From positions 1 to 14,717 of the forward strand of contig NW_021825767.1 in NCBI RefSeq assembly GCF_006345805.1: 14,717 bases of DNA, read 5' to 3'. Shown in pieces: positions 9,528-14,717 of this stretch. Numbering within the stretch: the stretch's first letter is position 1; each line of letters starts with the position of its first letter. This stretch comes from Octopus sinensis. Taxonomy: Eukaryota. A model generated the notes under the pieces. That model had not been told where the DNA came from. It made no database searches and was given only the letters and a program-made list of their open reading frames with translations. Made by a program: the position numbers and the translations under genes.

Positions 9528-9732
9528 TGTTAAGTTAATCCAAACATGAAAGCACAAAAAAAACACAACGCGAGGACGTGGAACAAATATAGTATTATTG
9601 GATGCTCAGGAAAGAAGGAAAGAAGGAGGGTTTAACGTTTCGAGTGGAGCTCTTCGTCGGAAACATAGGAAAAGTAAAGATACAGAGAAGGGAAGACAGA
9701 GGGAAAAAAATCGCCAAGTTAGATACTCGGTC
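9528..9732 (-). mobile_element. Probable interspersed repeat fragment carrying a minimal hammerhead-like motif (Penelope-like/retrozyme-type), inserted between TA tracts
   Basis: A non-microsatellite block flanked by (TA)n on both sides, lying between the body and head of a type-A SINE. It contains ACGTTTCG...CTTCGTCGG, the reverse complement of a hammerhead core. Confidence 0.45.
9630..9664 (-). ncRNA. Minimal type I hammerhead ribozyme-like motif (core variant)
   Basis: The minus strand reads GTTT-CCGACGA-A-GAG-CTCCA-CTC-GAAA-CGT-T-AAAC: stem I GTTT/AAAC, core CCGACGA (U4C variant), 3-bp stem II, GAAA, palindromic ACGT stem III and a GUU site. Confidence 0.4.
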
Positions 9733-9767
<35 letters not shown>

Positions 9768-9805
9768 ATATATATATATGTATATAATATATATATATAT
9801 ATATA

Positions 9806-9961
9806 ACGGGTTTCTTTCAGTTTCCATCTCGCAAATCCATTCATAAGCCTTTGGTCAGCCTGGGCTATAGTAGAAGAACACTTGCCCAAGGGGCCACACA
9901 GTGGGACTGAACCCAGAACCATGATGTGTGGGAAGCAAGCTTCTTACCACACAGCCACGCC
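9806..9961 (-). mobile_element. 5' half (tRNA-derived head) of a type-A SINE
   Basis: The minus strand reads GGCGTGGCTGTGTGGTAAGAAGCTTGCTTCCC...GGGTTCAGTCCC and aligns with 549-701 and 10254-10407. Confidence 0.88.
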
Positions 9962-10002
9962 TGTGCCTGTGTATTTATTTATATATGTGTGTGTCTCTTT
10001 GA

Positions 10003-10211
10003 CTCTTTTACTTGTTTCAGTCATTTGACTGCGGCCATGCTGGAGCACCGCCTTTAATCGAGCAACTCGACCCCGGGACTTATTCTTTTGTAAGCCCAGT
10101 ACTTATTCTATCGGTCTCTTTTGCCGAACCGCTAAGTAACAGGGACATAAACACACCAGCATCGGTTGTCAAGCAATGCTGGGGACAAACACAGACACAC
10201 AAACACACACA

Positions 10212-10247
<36 letters not shown>

Positions 10248-10410
10248 TATATACGATGGGCTTCTTTCAGTTTCCGTCTACCAAATCCACTCACAAGGCT
10301 TTGGTCGGCCCGAGGCTATAGTAGAAGACACTTGTCCAAGGTGCCACGCAGTGGGACTGAAACCGGAACCATGTGGTTGGTAGACAAGCTACTTACCACA
10401 CAGCCACTCC
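10003..10410 (-). mobile_element. Full-length type-A tRNA-derived SINE with internal (CA)/(TA) microsatellite
   Basis: Near-identical and colinear with 286-701. A-box-like and B-box-like motifs lie at the 10340-10407 end. The 3' end reads GACTGAAACAAGTAAAA on the minus strand. Confidence 0.92.
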
Positions 10411-10559
10411 TGCATCTGTGTATATATATGTGAGTGTGTGTGTGTGTGTTTCTATGTATAGGTATTACACACAGCCATATATATATAATAGGTGTGTCAA
10501 ATATATTGCAAAGTGGAAACATGAAAAAAAATATTTGAATTGATGAAGGGGTAAAGGAA

Positions 10560-10660
10560 CAATGAAAACGGAAAGAAAGAAAAAAGAAAGAAAGAAAGAA
10601 GGAAACAAAGGAAGGAATAAGATAAAGAAGAAAAAAAGACTAGAAAGATGGGGAGCGAAA
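10560..10660. repeat. Purine-rich (GAAA)-type low-complexity tract
   Basis: GAAAGAAAGAAAAAAGAAAGAAAGAAAGAAGGAAAC... Confidence 0.65.
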
Positions 10661-10784
10661 GAAGGGGCTGAAATAAAAACTCAAAAATATTAAAAAAACT
10701 AGAGGGAAGGTCCAATTTTTTTTTTCTTGTATTCCTTTCAATTATATTACGGAGAGAACTCATTAGTCTTGTCTAGTCTGTTGG

Positions 10785-11530
10785 GTGGGTGTGTGTGTGT
10801 GTGTGTGTGGTGTGGTGTGTGTGTGTGTGTGTGTGGTGTGTGTGTGTGTGTGTGTGTGGTGGTGTGTGTGTGTGTGTGTGGTGTGTGTGTGTGTATACAA
10901 ATATCTGTATGTGTGTGTGTATATACATATATCAGAATGTGTGGGTGGGTGTGTGCATGTGTATACATATATTGGTATGTGTGTGTGTGTATAGATATAT
11001 CAGTATGTGTGTGTGTATACAAATATCTGTATGTGTGTGTGTATGTATGTATACATATGTCAGAATGTGTGTGTGTGTGTGTTTGTGTGTGTTTGTGTAG
11101 ACATATATCAGTATGTCTGTGTATGCATATATCAGTATACATATATCGGTGTATGTGTGAGCATGTGTGTGTGTGTATACATTTATCAGTGTGCGTGTAT
11201 GTATACAAATATCTGTGTGTGTGTAAACATATATCAGAATGTTTGGGTGTGTGGTGTGTATATGTGTATACCTATATCAGTATGAGTGTGTATACAAATA
11301 TCTGTATGTGTGTGTATGTGCATACATATATCGGAATGTGTGTGTGTGTGTGTTGTATGTGTATACATATATCGGTATGTGTGTGTGTGTGTGTGTGTAG
11401 ACATATATCAGTATGTGTGTGTATGCATATATGTGTATGTGCATACATATATCGGTATATGTGTGAGCATGTATGTGTGCGTGTGCATGTATGTACAGAT
11501 AAATTTATATACATATGTATTTATGTATAT
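10785..11530. repeat. (TG)n microsatellite grading into a compound minisatellite (TGn + ATACAAATATCTGTA / CATATATCAG[AT]ATG modules)
   Basis: Pure TG runs at 10790-10890 are followed by recurring modules, e.g. GTAGACATATATCAGTATGT at 11097 and 11397. Confidence 0.9.
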
Positions 11531-11589
11531 ATCTATGTATATACAAAATGTTGTTTTAGAAACAAGTTTAATGTTTACAAAGCATATAT

Positions 11590-11736
11590 ATATAGAGAGC
11601 GAGAGAGACAGACAGACAGACAGAGACAGACAGATAGACAGACAGACAGGCAGATAGAATGATAGAGAGATAGATAGATAGAGAGAGAGAGACAGACTGA
11701 CAGATAGATAGACAGGCAGATAGAAAGATAGATGGA

Positions 11737-11776
<40 letters not shown>

Positions 11777-11815
11777 TAGAAAGTGAGAGACAGACAGACA
11801 GAAAGAGATAGATAT
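11590..11815. repeat. (GATA)n/(GACA)n/(GA)n compound tetranucleotide microsatellite
   Basis: GACA and GATA runs are directly visible. Confidence 0.92.
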
Positions 11816-11861
11816 GCATATATATATATATATATATTTGTTTTTTTTTTTTTTTTGTTTT

Positions 11862-12058
11862 TCCAGTTTCAGCTCTTGAGCTGTGCATGCTGGGGCACCG
11901 CATGTGGTGAAGAGTACAGCAGGGATCACCACCCCCTGCCGGAGCCTCGTAGAGCTTTAGGTGTTTTCACTCAATAAACACACACAACGCCCAGTCTGAG
12001 AATCGAAACCGCGATCCTGCGACCGCGAGTCCGCTGCCCTAACACTAGGCCATTGCGC

Positions 12059-12061
<3 letters not shown>
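11862..12061 (-). mobile_element. Type-C tRNA-derived SINE (CpG-rich head), about 200 bp, ending in a type-A-like 3' tail and A-rich run
   Basis: The minus-strand head GAGGCGCAATGGCCTAGTGTTAGGGCAGCGG...GGTTTCGATTCTC has A and B boxes. 11866-11901 resembles the type-A 3' end. A poly-T run at 11837-11862 corresponds to an A tail on the minus strand. Confidence 0.8.
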
Positions 12062-12098
<37 letters not shown>

Positions 12099-12138
12099 TA
12101 TATATATATAGTATATATGTATATATATATATATATAT

Positions 12139-12178
<40 letters not shown>

Positions 12179-12260
12179 TATATATATTATATATATATAT
12201 GCATACATATATGTATATATATGGAAGGTAGGACTATATATACACTCATATACACATACA
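12062..12260. repeat. Interrupted (TA)n microsatellite
   Basis: Directly visible. Similar TA tracts occur at 700-731, 9128-9164, 9733-9805, 12340-12395 and 13892-13980. Confidence 0.95.
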
Positions 12261-12477
12261 TACATACATAAAGAGAAAGAAAAAAAGAAACAAAGAATAT
12301 ATATTTTTTGAAAATCACTTATCATTAAGCAGATCTAGACATACACATATATATACACATATATATTATATTTATATATATATATATATATATATGCTAA
12401 CACAGCCATGCTCCAATACACATATGCACACACACACACACCTTTCACATCCGCTCTCAAAGCAAAGAATTCGTCAA

Positions 12478-12575
12478 CAAACAAGCAAACAAGACACGTA
12501 ACAACAACAACAACAAAAAAGAGCAACAACAACAATAACAAGAAGAAGAACAAGAAGAAGAGAAGCAACAAAACA
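12478..12575. repeat. (AAC)n/(AAG)n microsatellite
   Basis: AACAACAACAACAAC...AACAACAACAATAACAAGAAGAAGAACAAGAAGAAG. Confidence 0.85.
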
Positions 12576-12759
12576 CAAGAAGAAATCATCTTCTCATCAG
12601 CCGAGACCTTTTGGCCCTGCAACGACTGTGGAGTTGAAATATATAACTTCAAATTGAGATAGAGCATCACTGTACAAATATTAAGGGATACATAGGGGTG
12701 TGTGCGTGTGTGTGTGCTTATGTAAGGAAACGTACATGTTTATATAAGTCTTGTATGCA

Positions 12760-13118
12760 TACATATATTTATATATATATACATTTATATACATACATAT
12801 GCATGTATGTATGTATGTATGTATTTATATGTATATATATGTGTGTGTGTGTACATATATATGTATAGATGTGTAAATACATGTATGTGGTTACTTATGT
12901 GTGTGTGTGTGTACATATATATGTATAGATGTGTAAATACATGTATGTGGTTACTTATGTGTGTGTGCATGTGCGTGTGTATATATATATATATTTATAT
13001 ACACACATACATACATGTATATATATACACACACATACATATGTGTATGTCAATGTATGCAATAAATATGTATATGTTTGCATATATGTGTGCATATATA
13101 TATACATGTGTGTGTGTG

Positions 13119-13160
<42 letters not shown>

Positions 13161-13306
13161 GAGAGAGAGAGATGTGTATATACATGTGTATGTATATGAA
13201 TATGTGTAAATATATATGTGCATGTGTGTATATATATGTGTATATATATAATGTGTATATATATATGTATGTATATATATGTGTATAATATATGTATGTA
13301 TATATA

Positions 13307-13358
<52 letters not shown>

Positions 13359-13400
13359 ATATATATATACATATATATACATATATACACATACTTATAT
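12760..13400. repeat. Compound (TA)/(TG)/(GA) microsatellite field including a perfect 60-bp tandem duplication
   Basis: 12841-12900 and 12901-12960 are identical. The surrounding DNA is TA/TG dinucleotide mosaic. Confidence 0.92.
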
Positions 13401-13751
13401 ATAAAATCTATTAAGTATATATTTTTTCTATGATCATGTATGAGCTGAAAATAAATCGCAGAATACATATTGAAATAAAATACACACAATATATACTTTT
13501 TTTTTTGTTACCCTGGACATAATTATGTTTGTGTGAGATAAATATCTTAGACAAAACAAATACGAAATAGCTTTGTGTATGTGTATGCATATATATATAT
13601 GTGTGTGTATGTGTGTTTAAACAGATGTATACATATATGAGTGAATATGTGTATGAGTATGTATATAAACATATACATATGTAGATATGGACATGTGCAC
13701 ATATATATAAATATATAAATATATATATATATAAATACTTATGTTAATATA

Positions 13752-13891
13752 GGCTTGGCTGTGTGGTAAAAAGTATGCTCCCAAAACTCATGGTTTCAGG
13801 TTCAATCCACCTGTGTGGAACCTATAGGAAGTACCTTGTATAACAACCCCAGGTAGTGGAATTCATAGACAGAAAATGAAAGAAGCCCATC
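13752..13891 (+). mobile_element. Diverged 5' half of a type-A SINE
   Basis: GGCTTGGCTGTGTGGTAAAAAGTATGCTCCC...GGTTCAATCC...GACAGAAAATGAAAGAAGCCCATC followed by (TA)n. This matches the reverse complement of 549-701, with an internal deletion and many substitutions. Confidence 0.75.
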
Positions 13892-14092
13892 ATATATATA
13901 TATTATATATATATATATTATATATATATACCTATATCCATCTATCTATCTATCTATATATATATATGTATATATATATGTAATAAGTGATGCTCATACT
14001 TTTCTTTAATATTGTTAAATCTTATCAATTATTTATAAAGTATAGTGTAATTATAACATCTTCACCTATGATGCAAATTTATTTTATGATTT

Positions 14093-14201
14093 TGAGACCT
14101 GAAGAGTGGCTATGTATCGGTGGATCAAAGAAATATTAATTTTTGATAATCAATTTTGATATTGTAGATTCAAAAACATAGTCACGAAACGCGTGTCATC
14201 A
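14093..14201 (+). ncRNA. Type I hammerhead ribozyme motif with extended stem II (possibly a decayed copy)
   Basis: CTGAAGA (14099-14105) is immediately followed by a 10-bp stem II, GTGGCTATGT (14106-14115) / ACATAGTCAC (14176-14185), with one G-U pair. GAAAC (14186-14190), a palindromic ACGCGT and GTC follow. Candidate stem I is TGAGAC / GTCaTCA. Confidence 0.65.
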
Positions 14202-14401
14202 TTTTTAATGTGTATTCTTAATGTTTATTATTTAGCATAGAAATTTTTAGCACAATATTAATAATAAAGTCGTTTTAATGTGTTGGGATTTTTTAGTACA
14301 ACATTAATAATATTATATTTAAATTTATGTAATATCTTTCAGTATTAATTGAATTACTTTATGGAGGTTCTACCGCTTAATTCTATATATATATATATAT
14401 C

Positions 14402-14669
14402 TCAAAATATGCAACAAGGATATCCTGAGGTAATGCAGCACGATCGTTTCATGCAACTCCATTTAATTGAAGAATGCAATCATTACATCAATTTAAAATG
14501 CAGAGCGATCTTCAGTTGCACAAAGACATATAATTAAATTAAATTAGAACAGATGGACACATTAGTATAATTATACCTAAAATCTCCAAGCAGTTAAAGA
14601 GATAGACAAAGGAGTTGCATGAAACGATCGTATTGCATTACCTCTGGATATCCTTGTTGCTTATTTTGA
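14402..14669. repeat. 59-bp inverted repeat pair with 150-bp spacer (foldback/MITE-like element)
   Basis: 14402-14460 matches the reverse complement of 14611-14669 at 55 of 59 positions by manual alignment. Confidence 0.9.
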
Positions 14670-14717
14670 TTTTAATCACCGTACTTTGAAATTGTATGGA
14701 TAATAGCGTACTAAATT

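Noticed and set aside
12560-12602. CTGATGA on the minus strand (12600-12594) as a hammerhead core
   Set aside because: No GAAA follows the possible stem II (GAGAAG/CTTCTC is followed by TTC), and there is no stem III.
10727-13489. Cys/Val/Tyr/Ile- and His/Thr-rich ORFs
   Set aside because: These are translations of (TG)n/(TA)n/(CA)n dinucleotide tracts.
14349-14537. 62-aa ORF overlapping the inverted repeat
   Set aside because: It is short, has a non-ATG start, runs through a TA microsatellite and shows no recognisable motif.

Overview
Repeat-saturated, apparently non-coding eukaryotic DNA with no protein-coding gene I can support. The tRNA-derived SINE families and the extreme TA/TG/GATA microsatellite density look like Octopus-type cephalopod DNA (inferred from recognising the repeats, not from a search). 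The window holds 8 SINE copies or fragments from three head types (labelled A, B, C here), 7 of them on the minus strand. Two complex tandem arrays are present: about 100 x 25 bp at 1225-3765 and about 29 x 35 bp at 7975-8990. There is also a 0.9-kb GAA purine tract, many microsatellites and a 59-bp inverted repeat near the right end. All long ORFs in the six-frame track are by-products of these repeats. Highlights: (1) the 25-bp satellite grew inside a type-B SINE, and an unexpanded sister copy next door shows the seed sequence; (2) hammerhead-ribozyme cores with palindromic stem III, the type known from Penelope-like elements and retrozymes, occur at 14093-14201 (+, strong), 9630-9664 (-, minimal) and, degenerate, within the inverted-repeat element (-); (3) two SINE copies combine head and tail modules differently from their neighbours.
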